Assembly (NCBI GenBank): GCA_012517965.1 | Contig: JAAYTZ010000078.1 | Location: 20,885 to 84,884 of the forward strand | Direction: 5' to 3' | DNA: 64,000 bases | Source: Propionibacterium sp. | Lineage (GTDB): Bacteria > Actinomycetota > Actinomycetes > Propionibacteriales > Propionibacteriaceae | The notes under the pieces: generated by a model | What the model was told of the DNA's origin: nothing | The model's database searches: none | What the model saw: the letters and a program-made list of their open reading frames with translations, nothing else | Made by a program: the position numbers and the translations under genes | In this document: positions 37,698-50,407 of the stretch, piece by piece | Numbering within the stretch: the first letter of the stretch is position 1 | Layout of the letters: every line of letters begins with the position of its first letter

Positions 37698-38261
37698 ATG
37701 GGCATGTTGGATGGCTGGGCCGGGTTCGGGGTCACCTTCCGGACGATGTTCCGGAAGACCTTCACCCAGGGCTACCCCGAGAAGGGCAAGGAGAAGATCA
37801 CCGCGCCGCGCTTCCACGGCCGGCACCAGTTGAACCGGTGGCCGGACGGCCTGGAGAAGTGCGTCGGCTGCGAGCTGTGCGCCTGGGCCTGCCCCGCGGA
37901 CGCGATCTACGTCGAGGGCGGCGACAACACCGACGAGGAGCGGTACAGCCCGGGGGAGCGGTACGGCCGCGTCTACCAGATCAACTACCTGCGGTGCATC
38001 CTCTGCGGCATGTGCATCGAGGCGTGCCCCACACGTGCGCTCACGATGACGAACGACTTCAAGCTCGCCGACCTGACGCGCGAAGACATGATCTACACCA
38101 AGGACCGCCTCCTGGCCCCGCTGCTGCCGGGCATGGAGGAGCCGCCGCATCCGCGCCGGCTGGGCGCCGACGAGAAGGACTACTTCCTCGGTCTGCCGCC
38201 GACCGGCGTCCCGGACACGCGGACCGCAGCCCCCACCGCCGCCGAGGGAGAAGCCTCATGA
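37698..38261 (+). CDS. nuoI: NADH-quinone oxidoreductase subunit I
   Basis: Two 4Fe-4S motifs, [12 protein letters not shown] and [12 protein letters not shown]. Confidence 0.95.
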   Translation: MGMLDGWAGFGVTFRTMFRKTFTQGYPEKGKEKITAPRFHGRHQLNRWPDGLEKCVGCELCAWACPADAIYVEGGDNTDEERYSPGERYGRVYQINYLRCILCGMCIEACPTRALTMTNDFKLADLTREDMIYTKDRLLAPLLPGMEEPPHPRRLGADEKDYFLGLPPTGVPDTRTAAPTAAEGEAS

Positions 38262-39070
38262 ATCCCGCACTCGTGCCGCTGGTCACCGGAACGGAGGTGG
38301 CCTTCTGGATCTGCGCCCCGCTGATGGTGCTCGGTGCCCTGGGGCTGGTCTTCTTCCGGAAGGCCGTCTACTCGGCGCTGTCCATGGCCTTCGTCATGCT
38401 GAACCTGGCGGTCCTCTACGCGACGATGGATGCTCTGTTCCTGGTGTTCGTGCAGATCATCGTCTACACGGGCGCCATCATGATGCTGTTCCTGTTCGTG
38501 CTGATGCTGGTCGGCGTGGGCACCCCGGACTCCATGGTCGAGACGCTCAAGGGCCAGCGGGCGCTCGGGATCCTGACCACCGTCGCCGTGGCCGCCCTGC
38601 TGATCTTCGGGATCGGCGGGTCGCTGCGCGGCAATCCGGTCGGCCTCGCCGAGGCCAACGCCGCCGGCAACGTCGAGGGCATCGCGGACCTGCTGTTCGG
38701 CCGCTACGTCTTCATCTTCGAGCTGACAGCGGCGCTCCTGATCACCGCCGCCCTGGCGGCCATGATCCTGGCGCACCGGTCGCGGGTCGCCCCGCGCGTC
38801 ACCCAGGCCGACAAGGCGCGGGCCCGCATCCGTGCCTACGCCGAAACCGGCGCCCACCCCGGGGCGGCGCCCAACCCCGGCGTCTACGCCGGCCACAACT
38901 CGATCGCGGTGCCGGCGTTGCTGCCCGACGGATCGGCAGCCGAGGCGTCCCTCAGCCAGACGCTCGTGCTGCGCGGCACGACCGTCGACCCCGAGGCGCT
39001 CACGCGGGGCACCCAGGACCGCTTCCGGGCGATCGAGAGCGTGCGGTCCAGCGAGGAGGACGACGAATGA
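38258..39070 (+). CDS. nuoJ: NADH-quinone oxidoreductase subunit J
   Basis: [19 protein letters not shown]. Operon position. Confidence 0.93.
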   Translation: MNPALVPLVTGTEVAFWICAPLMVLGALGLVFFRKAVYSALSMAFVMLNLAVLYATMDALFLVFVQIIVYTGAIMMLFLFVLMLVGVGTPDSMVETLKGQRALGILTTVAVAALLIFGIGGSLRGNPVGLAEANAAGNVEGIADLLFGRYVFIFELTAALLITAALAAMILAHRSRVAPRVTQADKARARIRAYAETGAHPGAAPNPGVYAGHNSIAVPALLPDGSAAEASLSQTLVLRGTTVDPEALTRGTQDRFRAIESVRSSEEDDE

Positions 39071-39366
39071 ACCCCGAGAACATGCTGATGCTCGCTGCCA
39101 TCCTGTTCGCGATCGGCGGCATGGGCGTCATGCTGCGGCGCAACGCACTCGTGGCGTTCATGTGCGTCGAGTTGATGCTGAACGCGGCCAACCTGGCCCT
39201 GGTGGCGGCGGCCCTGATGCACGGCCGCCTGGACGGGCAGGTCGCGAGCTTCTTCGTCATGGTCGTGGCCGCCGCCGAGGTGGTCGTCGGCCTGGCGATC
39301 ATCGTCACCATCTACCGCACGCGCCGGACGACCTCGGTCGACGACGCCAACCTGCTGAACCTCTGA
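39067..39366 (+). CDS. nuoK: NADH-quinone oxidoreductase subunit K
   Basis: [17 protein letters not shown] and [11 protein letters not shown]. Confidence 0.95.
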   Translation: MNPENMLMLAAILFAIGGMGVMLRRNALVAFMCVELMLNAANLALVAAALMHGRLDGQVASFFVMVVAAAEVVVGLAIIVTIYRTRRTTSVDDANLLNL

Positions 39367-39376
39367 GGAGTCTGCC

Positions 39377-41284
<1,908 letters not shown>

Positions 41285-41297
41285 GGGAGGAGTTGAG

Positions 41298-42812
41298 ATG
41301 AATTTCCCCTGGCTCACCATCCTGGGGCTGCTGCCGATCGCCGGCGGGCTCGCCCTGTTCCTCCCAGTGAAGGGCGCCAGCCGTCCCCTCGGCATGTTCT
41401 TCGCCCTGGCCACCCTGGTGATGGGGCTCGCCACGGCGGGCGTCTACGGCGCCGACCCGGCGTCCCTGACCGTCCAGGCCCCCTGGATCCGCGCGATCGG
41501 CGCCTGGTGGGCGCTCGGCGCCGACGGGATGGGGCTGGCGATGGTGCTGATGACCGTCGTGCTGACCCCGCTCGTCCTGCTGGCCGAGTGGAAGCTCCCG
41601 TTCGAGGGCGGCAAGTGGGGCCCGCAGGCCTTCATCGCGCTGCTCCTGATCCTCGAAGGCCTGTCGATCTTCGTGTTCACCGCGAACGACGTCCTGCTGT
41701 TCTACCTGTTCTTCGAGGCCACCCTCATTCCGGTCTACTTCCTCATCATCGGCTACGGCGGTGCACGCCGGGGCTACGCGGCCATCAAGTTCCTGCTCTT
41801 CAGCCTGGCCGGCGGCCTCATCATGCTCGCGTCGGTCATCGGACTGTATGCGGTGTCGTCCAGCCAGGGGGCGCCCAGCTACCTGCTCGGCGACCTGCAG
41901 CGGATCGACCTCGGCGGTGACCTGGGGCGCTGGCTCATGGTCGGGTTCCTGATCGCCTTCGTGATCAAGGCCCCGATGGTGCCCCTGCACACGTGGCTGC
42001 CGGACGCCGCCGAGCAGTCCACCCCCGGCACGGCCACGATGCTGGTCGGCGTCCTGGACAAGATCGGCACGTTCGGCATGATCAAGTTCTGCCTGGGGCT
42101 GTTCCCCGAGGCGTCCCGCTGGGCCGCGCCGGTGATGATGTTCCTCGCGTTGGTGTCGATCCTGTGGGGCGCGCTCGCGGCCATCGCGTCGACGAACCTG
42201 ATGCGGCTCGTGGCCTACACCTCGGTCAGCCACTTCGGCTTCATGGTGCTGGGCATCTACGTCATGACCACCCAGGGGATCTCCGGCTCGGTGTTCTACA
42301 TGCTGAACCACGGGTTCTCCACCGCGGCGCTGTTCCTGGTGGTCGGGTTCCTCATCCACCGCAGCGGCAGCGCCGACATCAACGCGTTCGGCGGCGCCCA
42401 GAAGCTGGTGCCGGTGTTCTCCGGTGTCTTCCTGGTCGCCTGGCTGTCCGCGCTCGGCCTGCCCGGCCTGTCCACCTTCGTGAGCGAGTTCATGGTGCTG
42501 GCGGGCACGTTCGGGCGCGAGCCGTGGTACGCGGCGATCGCCGCCATCGGCGTGATCCTGGCGGCCGTCTACGCGCTGCGGGTCTACCGGGTGGTCATGA
42601 CCGGCCCGGTCACCGACGCCTCCCAGGCCCACTTCGTCGGGCGCGACCTGACGGTGCTCGAGAAGGCCGTCATGGTCCCGATCATCGGCGTGATGCTGGT
42701 TCTCGGGTTCTATCCGCAGCCGGCCGTCCAGTTGGTTGAGCCCACGGCCCAAACGGCCATGCAGCGGGTGCAGGTCGCCGACCCGGCTCCCGTGGTGAAG
42801 GGAGAGAAGTGA
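41298..42812 (+). CDS. nuoM: NADH-quinone oxidoreductase subunit M
   Basis: FFEATLIP, KAPMVPLHTWLPDA and AYTSVSH. Confidence 0.95.
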   Translation: MNFPWLTILGLLPIAGGLALFLPVKGASRPLGMFFALATLVMGLATAGVYGADPASLTVQAPWIRAIGAWWALGADGMGLAMVLMTVVLTPLVLLAEWKLPFEGGKWGPQAFIALLLILEGLSIFVFTANDVLLFYLFFEATLIPVYFLIIGYGGARRGYAAIKFLLFSLAGGLIMLASVIGLYAVSSSQGAPSYLLGDLQRIDLGGDLGRWLMVGFLIAFVIKAPMVPLHTWLPDAAEQSTPGTATMLVGVLDKIGTFGMIKFCLGLFPEASRWAAPVMMFLALVSILWGALAAIASTNLMRLVAYTSVSHFGFMVLGIYVMTTQGISGSVFYMLNHGFSTAALFLVVGFLIHRSGSADINAFGGAQKLVPVFSGVFLVAWLSALGLPGLSTFVSEFMVLAGTFGREPWYAAIAAIGVILAAVYALRVYRVVMTGPVTDASQAHFVGRDLTVLEKAVMVPIIGVMLVLGFYPQPAVQLVEPTAQTAMQRVQVADPAPVVKGEK

Positions 42813-44392
42813 TGACGTCGATGCTGGTGCCGCTCTTCACCGCGCCCGTGATCGAGTTCCGGGAGCTCGCCCCGGTGCTCATCCTGTTCGCCGCCGCGAT
42901 CGTGGGCGTCCTGGTCGATGCCTTCCTGCTGCGCGACTGGCGACGCTGGCGTGACGAGATCCAGATGGGGCTGCTCATCGGCAGCACGGTCGCGGCCCTG
43001 GTGTACGTGGTGCTGAACGCCCGCAAGGGCCTCAGCGGACCGTTGGCGATGGGCTCGCTGATGCTGGACGGGCCGACCTACGTCGCGTGGGGCGCCTTGC
43101 TGGTCTTCGGGCTCCTGGCCGTCCTGGTGTTCCGGGAGCGGCGCGTGAACGGCGGCGTGACGGTCTTCGCCAGCGCGGCGTCCAGCGTGCCGGGCAGCGT
43201 CGAAGAGGCCGAGGCGGACCGGGTGCGCCTGGAGCAGACCGAGGTCTACCCGCTGGCCCTGTTCGCCCTCACCGGCATGCTGGTCTTCGTCGCCGCCAAC
43301 GACCTGCTGACGCTGTTCGTGGCGCTCGAGGTCTTCTCCCTGCCCCTCTACCTGTTGTGCGGGATGGCGCGCCGCCGCCGGCTGCTCTCGCAGGAGGCGT
43401 CCCTGAAGTACTTCCTCCTGGGTGCCTTCAGCTCGGGCATCTTCCTGTTCGGCGTGGCCCTCCTCTACGCGTTCGCCGGCTCGTTCCGGCTGGGGGACAT
43501 CGCAGCCGCGGTGACCGCCCCGCAGTACGGCCGGGGCCTGCTCTACGCCGGCCTGGTGCTGCTGGTCGTCGGCCTGCTGTTCAAGGTGGGCGTGGTTCCG
43601 TTCCACAACTGGACGCCGGACGTGTACGTCGGCGCCCCCACGCCTGTCACCGGCTTCATGGCGATCTGCACGAAGCTGGCTGCCGTCCTCGCCACGCTCC
43701 GCGTGTTGTACGTGGCGCTCGGGGGCGAACGGTGGAGTTGGCAGCCGATGCTGGCCGTGCTGGCCGTGCTGACGATGGCGCTGGGCGCCGTGGCGGGTCT
43801 GACGCAGCGCGACGTGAAGCGCATGTTGGCCTACAGCTCGATCGCCCACGCGGGCTTCCTGCTGACGGCGGTCGTGGGCGCGAGCCAGGACGCCGCGCGC
43901 ACCCCGACGTCGGTCTCGGCGATCCTCTTCTACCTGATCGCCTACGGTTTCGCGACGGTGGGCGCGTTCGGGCTGGTGACGATGGTCCGCAACGAGGCGG
44001 GCGAGGACAACTCGTTCGCCGCGTGGTCGGGCCTGGCCAAGAAGAACCCGTGGATCGCCGGCCTGATGTCGTTGTTCCTGCTGAGCTTCGCGGGCATCCC
44101 GCTCACGGCCGGCTTCATCGGGAAGTGGACCGTCTTCGCAGCCGCGTGGCGGGGCGGCTACAGCTGGCTGGTCGTGGTCGCGGTGCTGCTCAGCCTCGTG
44201 GCGGCCTACTTCTACCTGCGGCTGATCGTCGTGATGTTCGGCGGCGAGCCGGCGCGGAACTCGTTCGTCAGCGAGGCCAGCGGCTGGACCTGGGTGCCGG
44301 TGCTGATCGGCGCGGCGGCCACCGTCTGGCTGGGGGTGCTGCCGGACTCCGTCCTGTCGGTCGCCTCCGGGTTGGGCACGTTCCTGCGCTAG
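42812..44392 (+). CDS. nuoN: NADH-quinone oxidoreductase subunit N
   Basis: EASLKYFLLGAFSS, PFHNWTPDVYVGAPT and KRMLAYSSIAH. Confidence 0.95.
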   Translation: MTSMLVPLFTAPVIEFRELAPVLILFAAAIVGVLVDAFLLRDWRRWRDEIQMGLLIGSTVAALVYVVLNARKGLSGPLAMGSLMLDGPTYVAWGALLVFGLLAVLVFRERRVNGGVTVFASAASSVPGSVEEAEADRVRLEQTEVYPLALFALTGMLVFVAANDLLTLFVALEVFSLPLYLLCGMARRRRLLSQEASLKYFLLGAFSSGIFLFGVALLYAFAGSFRLGDIAAAVTAPQYGRGLLYAGLVLLVVGLLFKVGVVPFHNWTPDVYVGAPTPVTGFMAICTKLAAVLATLRVLYVALGGERWSWQPMLAVLAVLTMALGAVAGLTQRDVKRMLAYSSIAHAGFLLTAVVGASQDAARTPTSVSAILFYLIAYGFATVGAFGLVTMVRNEAGEDNSFAAWSGLAKKNPWIAGLMSLFLLSFAGIPLTAGFIGKWTVFAAAWRGGYSWLVVVAVLLSLVAAYFYLRLIVVMFGGEPARNSFVSEASGWTWVPVLIGAAATVWLGVLPDSVLSVASGLGTFLR

Positions 44393-44438
44393 CGGCTAGC
44401 ATCGGCCGAACCACGTCGGCAGCGAAGGGAAGTCCGTC

Positions 44439-45422
44439 TTGTCGGTCCAGCAGCACGACATCGATCCTGCGTTCTCGGCGTTCGTCACCGAGCGGCTGGG
44501 GGCCATCGAGGCGCGCCTGCTGGCGGCGGCGGAGGCGGACACCGACTTCGTGACGGCTGCGGCGAGCCACATCATCCGGGCGGGCGGGAAGCGGTTTCGA
44601 CCGCTGCTGGTGGTGTTGGCGTCCCAACTCCTCCCCGGTGCGGATCCCGATCGGATCGATCGGGCAGCGATCGTCGTCGAGTTGACGCACGTGGCGTCCC
44701 TCTACCACGACGACGTGATGGACGAGGCCGAGGTCCGCCGGGCCGGTCCGAGCGCCAACGCGCGCTGGGACAACACGGTCGCGATTCTGGTCGGCGACTT
44801 CCTGTTCAGCAGGGCGTCCTCGACCGTCGCCACGCTCGGCACCGAATACGTGACGCTGCAGGCCGAGACCTTCGCCCGGCTGGTGCAGGGGCAGATCGCC
44901 GAGACGCGGGGGCCGTTGCCCGGGACCGACCGGTTGGCGCACTACCTGTCGGTCCTGGCCGACAAGACGGGTTCGCTCATCGCGGCGTCGGCCCGCTTCG
45001 GCGGCATGGTCTGCGGCGCGGAGCCGGCGGTGCTGGATGCCCTCGCCCGGTACGGGGAGGAGATCGGGCTGGTGTTCCAGTTGTCCGACGACATCCTCGA
45101 CATCGTGTCGGACAGCTCCGGGAAGCGGCCGGGCACCGACCTGCGGGAGGGCGTGTGGACGCTACCCACGCTGCTGGTGGCCGCGTCGACCGATCCGGCG
45201 GACGCCCGCCTGCGCGAGTTGGTGTCCCGGCCGCTGACCGAGGAGGCCGAGGTGCACGAGGCCCTGACGCTGCTCCGGGCCCATCCGCTGTTGCGGGCGG
45301 CCCGGGAGGAGGTGGCCCGGCGCGCCGAGGTGGCCCGTTCGCACCTCACCCCCCTGCCCGCCGGCCCAGCCCGCGACGCGCTTTCGGCGTTGTGCGACCA
45401 GGTGGTCAGCCGGTCCTTCTGA
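44439..45422 (+). CDS. Polyprenyl diphosphate synthase (HepT/GrcC-like)
   Basis: GGKRFRP, FARM LYHDDVMD, KTGSL and SARM FQLSDDILD. Confidence 0.92.
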   Translation: MSVQQHDIDPAFSAFVTERLGAIEARLLAAAEADTDFVTAAASHIIRAGGKRFRPLLVVLASQLLPGADPDRIDRAAIVVELTHVASLYHDDVMDEAEVRRAGPSANARWDNTVAILVGDFLFSRASSTVATLGTEYVTLQAETFARLVQGQIAETRGPLPGTDRLAHYLSVLADKTGSLIAASARFGGMVCGAEPAVLDALARYGEEIGLVFQLSDDILDIVSDSSGKRPGTDLREGVWTLPTLLVAASTDPADARLRELVSRPLTEEAEVHEALTLLRAHPLLRAAREEVARRAEVARSHLTPLPAGPARDALSALCDQVVSRSF

Positions 45423-45459
45423 TCGCGCCCGCCGTAGGATGACGGGCGGGAGGTCCGCC

Positions 45460-46584
45460 ATGAGTTCTTGTCGGCTGTGTGGACGCGAGGTCGCGGGCCC
45501 GGTGTGCCCCGCGTGTGGTACGCCGGTGGCCGAGAGCGTTCCCTGGGCCCCGTTGGGGTCCGCGCCCGCGGACGCGCCGACGGTGTATGCCCCCGGCGAG
45601 GCGGTCGGACCGCGGACGCCCACGGCCCCCGAGCGTTGGCAGGTCCCCTCCGTGCCACCGGCCGCTCCCGCCACGCAACCGGTCGACCCCTACGCGCAGC
45701 CCAGCCCCTACGGGCAGCCGGCCGATCCCTACGCGCAGCCCAACCCGTACGCGCCGCCGGCCGATCCCTACGCGCACCCCAACCCGTACGCGCCGCCGGC
45801 CGATCCCTATGCGCAGCCGTACGCGCAACCCAGCCCTCAGGCGCTCGCGGGCGCGGCTCCCCCCGCGGGGGGCTACCCGGTGCAGACGGGCTACCCGGCG
45901 CCGACCTATTCGGGGCCCGGCGGCCCGATCGGCCCGCCCGCGACACCGGCGGCGCCGCCCGCGCCGCAGCGCCCGGGGCGTCCGGTCTTGCCGATCGTGG
46001 CCGGGTTGCTGGCCCTGGCCGTCCTCGTCGTGGCCGTCCTCGTCGGGCAGCGGCTCCTCGGCGGCCCGCCGGCCCCCACCGGGACCGCGACCCCCACGAC
46101 CCCGGTTCGGACCACCGCGGCGTCCCCCACCGCCCCGCCGTCCACGAGCCCCGTGTCCACGGTCAGCGCCGCGCCCGAGGACCTGGCGCTGGCCGCACTG
46201 CGCCAGCGGGCGGCCGCGGACCTGCCGCAGTTGAGCGCGGCCGTCGGCGCCCGAGCGTGGGTGGCGCAACTCGCGTCCAAGTCGGTTGGGATCGAGGATC
46301 CCCTGCAGACCGCCGCCAACGGCACCCATGTGTTCTTCGCCGTCGACATCCTCGCCGAGCACGACCAGTTGAAGGCCCGGGTGCGGGACGCCAGCGTGAT
46401 CCTGGCCGACAGCACCACCTACGGCACCCGCGCCACCGACACCGGCGGCCGACCGTACTGGCGCTCGATCGCCCTGAGCCCGGCCTTCACCTCGAAAGAG
46501 GCGGTCTCCGCCTGGTGCCAGCGCACGTTCGCTCCCCTCACGGGCGAGGCGTTGGCGAACCAGTGCGTCGCGACCCAGCTCTGA
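45460..46584 (+). CDS. Zinc-ribbon / proline-rich single-pass membrane protein of unknown function
   Basis: CRLC...CPAC N-terminus, PY-rich repeats, one TM helix (LPIVAGLLALAVLVVAVLV) and a C-terminal domain with two Cys. GGAGG RBS. Confidence 0.7.
   Translation: MSSCRLCGREVAGPVCPACGTPVAESVPWAPLGSAPADAPTVYAPGEAVGPRTPTAPERWQVPSVPPAAPATQPVDPYAQPSPYGQPADPYAQPNPYAPPADPYAHPNPYAPPADPYAQPYAQPSPQALAGAAPPAGGYPVQTGYPAPTYSGPGGPIGPPATPAAPPAPQRPGRPVLPIVAGLLALAVLVVAVLVGQRLLGGPPAPTGTATPTTPVRTTAASPTAPPSTSPVSTVSAAPEDLALAALRQRAAADLPQLSAAVGARAWVAQLASKSVGIEDPLQTAANGTHVFFAVDILAEHDQLKARVRDASVILADSTTYGTRATDTGGRPYWRSIALSPAFTSKEAVSAWCQRTFAPLTGEALANQCVATQL
45682..45819 (+). repeat. In-frame 39-bp tandem repeat (about 3.5 copies) encoding ADPYAQPNPYAPP
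   Basis: Units start at 45682, 45721, 45760 and 45799. Confidence 0.85.
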
Positions 46585-46605
46585 GGCCGCCGGTAGGCTG
46601 AGCGG

Positions 46606-48087
46606 GTGAAGTACGTCTCGACCCGCGGCTACGGCGCCGACGCGCCCCTCGACTTCTGCGACATCATCCTTGAGGGGCTGGCCCCCGACGGCGGCCTGTT
46701 CCTGCCCGAACGGTATCCGCAGGTGGACGCCGCGACGCTGGCGTCCTGGCGCGACACCCTCGTGCGCGAGGGGTACGGCGCCCTGGCCGCCAGGGTGCTG
46801 GCTCTGTACGTGGACGACATCGACCCCGCGGACCTGCGCTCGCTGTGCGCCCGCGCCTACTCGGCGGCGGCGTTCGGGTCCACCGACGTGGTGGGCGTCG
46901 CCGATCTGGGCGGCGGGCTGCTTCTGGGCCGGATCAGCAACGGTCCCACGGCCGCCTTCAAGGACATGGCGATGCAGCTGCTGGGGGAGCTGTTCGAGTT
47001 CGAGTTGGAGCGGCGCGGCGAGCGGCTCAACATCCTGGGCGCCACTTCGGGTGACACCGGTTCGTCGGCGGAGTACGCGATGCTCGGCAAACCCAGCGTC
47101 ACGGTGTTCATGCTGACGCCGCGGGGCCGGATGACGCCCTTCCAGCAGGCCCAGATGTTCACGCTGACGGATCCGCACATCGTGAACATCGCGGTGGACG
47201 GCGTGTTCGACGACTGCCAGGACCTGGTCAAGACGGTGGCGTCCGACCTCGACTTCAAGGCCGCCCATCGCATCGGCGCGGTCAACTCGATCAACTGGGC
47301 GCGGGTGGTGGCCCAGGTCGTCTACTACATCGCCCTGTACCTGCGGGTCACGTCGGCACCGGGGGAGCGGCTGAGCTTCGCGGTGCCCACCGGGAACTTC
47401 GGCAACATCCTCGCCGGGCACATCGCCCGCGAGATGGGCGTCCCGATCGACACCCTGATCCTGGCCACCAACGAGAACGATGTCCTGGACGAGTTCTTCC
47501 GGACGGGGGTGTACCGGGTGCGGTCCAGCGCGGAGACGTCCGCCACGTCCAGCCCGTCCATGGACATCTCGAAGGCCTCGAACTTCGAGCGGTTCGTGTA
47601 CGACCTGCTGGGGCGGGACGCCGCGCTGGTGCGTCGGCTGTTCGCTGTCGACCTGCCGGCCCGCGGCTGGTTCGACCTGTCCGGCACGCCGGAGTTCGCG
47701 GCCCTGCGGGAGCGCTTCGGTTTCGTCTCGGGCGGTTCGACGCACGCCGACCGGCTGGCGACCATCCGGGCGACCGAGGCGGACGCCGGCGTCCTGATCG
47801 ACCCCCACACCGCCGATGGCGTGCACGTGGCCCGCAGCCTGCTGGCAACGGACGAGCGCATCGCGCGTCCGGTGGTGTGCCTGGAGACCGCCCTCCCGGT
47901 CAAGTTCGCCGAGACCATCCGGGAGGCGCTGGGCCGCGACGTCGAGCTGCCGGCGAAGTTCCGGGGACTGGAGTCGCTGCCGCGCCGGGTGATCGACCTT
48001 CCCAACGATCCGGACGCCCTCAAGGCCCTGATCGAGGCTCGCCTGGCTGAGCTGGCGCCCTCGGCGTCCGACCCCGGCGACCGATAG
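46606..48087 (+). CDS. thrC: Threonine synthase
   Basis: YVSTRG, GLAPDGGLFLP, GPTAAFKDMAM, ATSGDTG, VPTGNFGN and SPSMDISKASNFER. Confidence 0.94.
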   Translation: MKYVSTRGYGADAPLDFCDIILEGLAPDGGLFLPERYPQVDAATLASWRDTLVREGYGALAARVLALYVDDIDPADLRSLCARAYSAAAFGSTDVVGVADLGGGLLLGRISNGPTAAFKDMAMQLLGELFEFELERRGERLNILGATSGDTGSSAEYAMLGKPSVTVFMLTPRGRMTPFQQAQMFTLTDPHIVNIAVDGVFDDCQDLVKTVASDLDFKAAHRIGAVNSINWARVVAQVVYYIALYLRVTSAPGERLSFAVPTGNFGNILAGHIAREMGVPIDTLILATNENDVLDEFFRTGVYRVRSSAETSATSSPSMDISKASNFERFVYDLLGRDAALVRRLFAVDLPARGWFDLSGTPEFAALRERFGFVSGGSTHADRLATIRATEADAGVLIDPHTADGVHVARSLLATDERIARPVVCLETALPVKFAETIREALGRDVELPAKFRGLESLPRRVIDLPNDPDALKALIEARLAELAPSASDPGDR

Positions 48088-48131
48088 TTTTCATCTTGCG
48101 CACACCGCGTTGCTGATATAGGCTCCCTATC
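48084..48131. promoter_or_regulatory. Putative OxyR/LysR binding region upstream of ahpC
   Basis: AT-rich island with ATAT-N7-CTAT (48116-48130, T-N11-A) and a second ATAG at 48084. Partial match to the ATAG-N7-CTAT repeat consensus. Confidence 0.4.
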
Positions 48132-48166
48132 ACAGTTCGCACTGACCCAACCGGAAAGGACAGCCA

Positions 48167-48727
48167 ATGTCGCTGATCAACACCGAAATCAAGCCCTTCC
48201 AGGCCACGGCCTACAAGAACGGCCAGTTCGTCGAGGTCTCCTCCGACGACATCAAGGGCAAGTGGGCCATCTTCATGTTCTACCCCGCCGACTTCACGTT
48301 CGTGTGCCCCACCGAGCTGTCGGATCTCGCCGACCAGTACGAGGAGCTGCAGCGGCTCGGCGTCGAGGTGTTCTCGGTCAGCACCGACACGCACTTCACC
48401 CACAAGGCCTGGCACGAGAGCTCGGCCGAGGTCGGCAAGGTGCAGTACGCCATGATCGGTGACCCGAGCGGCACCCTCACCCGCAACTTCGACACCATGC
48501 GCGAGTCCGGGCTGGCCGACCGGTCGACGTTCCTGGTCGACCCCGACGGCATCATCCAGTTCCTCGAGACCACGTCCGAGGGCATGGGCCGCAACGCCGC
48601 GGAGCTGGTGCGCAAGGTCAAGGCCGGCATCTACGTGCGCAACCACCCCGGCGAGGTCTGCCCCGCCAAGTGGGAGGAGGGTGAGGCCACCCTCGCCCCG
48701 TCGATCGACCTCGTGGGCAAGATCTAG
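48167..48727 (+). CDS. ahpC: Alkyl hydroperoxide reductase subunit C (2-Cys peroxiredoxin)
   Basis: [13 protein letters not shown] and GEVCPAKW. Confidence 0.96.
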   Translation: MSLINTEIKPFQATAYKNGQFVEVSSDDIKGKWAIFMFYPADFTFVCPTELSDLADQYEELQRLGVEVFSVSTDTHFTHKAWHESSAEVGKVQYAMIGDPSGTLTRNFDTMRESGLADRSTFLVDPDGIIQFLETTSEGMGRNAAELVRKVKAGIYVRNHPGEVCPAKWEEGEATLAPSIDLVGKI

Positions 48728-48749
48728 TCACCTTCGGGACCCACACCGC

Positions 48750-48780
48750 GGCGGCGGGCGGCTCACGGCCGCCCGCCGCC
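48750..48780 (+). terminator. GC-rich hairpin between ahpC and ahpF
   Basis: Perfect 13-bp stem GGCGGCGGGCGGC / GCCGCCCGCCGCC with a 5-nt loop and no U-tract. Confidence 0.65.
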
Positions 48781-48824
48781 GTTCCATCGTCAGAAACACA
48801 GCGACATCGAAAGAACAGGCAGGC

Positions 48825-50399
48825 ATGGCCATCCTCGACGCCAACCTCTCCGCCCAACTCAAGCAACTGGTCCAACTCATCAAGCAGCCGATCGAGCTTG
48901 CGGCGTCCCTCGGCGCCGACAAGAAGTCCGGCGAGACCCGGCAGCTCCTCGCCGAGATCGCGGCGCTGCGCCCCGACATGATCACCGTCACCGAGGAGCC
49001 GAACGAGCGGACCCCGTCGTTCGCCATCCGTCGCAAGGACACCGACGTCCAGGTGCGGTTCGCGGGCGTGCCGCTCGGGCACGAGTTCTCCTCGCTGGTC
49101 CTGGCCCTGGTGCAGGTCGGCGGCCATCCGCCGAAGGTGGACCCGGCCCTCGTCGACTCGATCAAGGCCCTGCCCGAGCACGAGTTCGTCACCTACATGT
49201 CCTTGTCGTGCATCAACTGCCCGACCGTCGTCCAGGCCCTCAACACGATCAGCGTCCTGAACCCCAAGGTGAAGCACACCGCCGTCGAGGGCGGGGCGTT
49301 CCCGGATGAGGTCACCGCGAAGAACATCCTGGCCGTCCCCACGGTCTACCTGGACGGCGCCGAGTGGGGCGCCGGCCGCATGGAGATCGACGAGATCGTC
49401 ACCAAGCTGGACGCCTCCGCCTCCGACCGGCTCGCTGCCCAGCTCTCCGCCAAGGACCCCTACGAGGTGCTGGTCGTGGGCGGTGGCCCCGCGGGCGCCG
49501 CGGCGGCCATCTACGCCGCCCGCAAGGGCATCCGCACCGGCATGGTGGTGGAGCGCATGGGCGGCCAGGTGATGGACACCAACGCCATCGAGAACTTCAT
49601 CTCGGTGCTCGAGACCCAGGGTCCCGAGCTCGGCAGCGCCCTGGAGGCGCACGTCCGCGCCTACGACGTCGATCTGATGAAGCAGCAGGAGGCGGTGTCG
49701 CTCACCCCCGCCGGAGCGGACGGCCTCGTCACCCTCGGGCTCAAGAACGGCGGGCAGCTCCAGTCCCGGACCGTGATCCTGGCGACCGGCGCCCGGTGGC
49801 GCACGCTGGGCGTCCCGGGGGAGCAGGAGTACCGCAACAAGGGCGTCACCTTCTGCCCGCACTGCGACGGCCCCCTGTTCAAGGGCAAGCGTGTGGCGGT
49901 CATCGGCGGCGGCAACTCCGGCATCGAGGCGGCGATCGACCTCGCCGGCGTCGTCGGCCACGTCACCGTGGTCGAGTTCCTGGACGTGCTCAAGGCCGAC
50001 GAGGTGCTCATCCGCAAGCTGAAGTCGATGCCGAACACCGACGTCATCCTCGGCGCCGCCACCACGAGCGTCCTGGGCGACGGCAAGCAGGTGACCGGAC
50101 TGACGTACACCGACCGGGCCACCGGCGAGGCGAGGGAACTCGCGGTCGACGCCATCTTCATCCAGATCGGGCTGCTGCCGAACACCGCCTGGCTCGAGGG
50201 CAGCGGCGTCGAACTGACCGAGCGGATGAGGGAGATCGTCGTCGACAGCCACGGCGCCACGAACCTGCCGGGCGTCTTCGCGGCCGGCGACTGCACGAAC
50301 GTCCCGTACAAGCAGATCGTGATCTCGATGGGAGCGGGGGCCACGGCGGCGCTCGGCGCCTTCGATCATCTGATCCGGGTCACGGCCCCGGAGAAGTAA
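48825..50399 (+). CDS. ahpF: Alkyl hydroperoxide reductase subunit F
   Basis: [29 protein letters not shown] and GGGNSG. Confidence 0.95.
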   Translation: MAILDANLSAQLKQLVQLIKQPIELAASLGADKKSGETRQLLAEIAALRPDMITVTEEPNERTPSFAIRRKDTDVQVRFAGVPLGHEFSSLVLALVQVGGHPPKVDPALVDSIKALPEHEFVTYMSLSCINCPTVVQALNTISVLNPKVKHTAVEGGAFPDEVTAKNILAVPTVYLDGAEWGAGRMEIDEIVTKLDASASDRLAAQLSAKDPYEVLVVGGGPAGAAAAIYAARKGIRTGMVVERMGGQVMDTNAIENFISVLETQGPELGSALEAHVRAYDVDLMKQQEAVSLTPAGADGLVTLGLKNGGQLQSRTVILATGARWRTLGVPGEQEYRNKGVTFCPHCDGPLFKGKRVAVIGGGNSGIEAAIDLAGVVGHVTVVEFLDVLKADEVLIRKLKSMPNTDVILGAATTSVLGDGKQVTGLTYTDRATGEARELAVDAIFIQIGLLPNTAWLEGSGVELTERMREIVVDSHGATNLPGVFAAGDCTNVPYKQIVISMGAGATAALGAFDHLIRVTAPEK

Positions 50400-50407
50400 G
50401 GGACGCC

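Noticed and set aside
45682-45819. 39-bp repeats as a CRISPR array
   Set aside because: The units are contiguous with no spacers, in frame within a CDS, and no cas genes are present.
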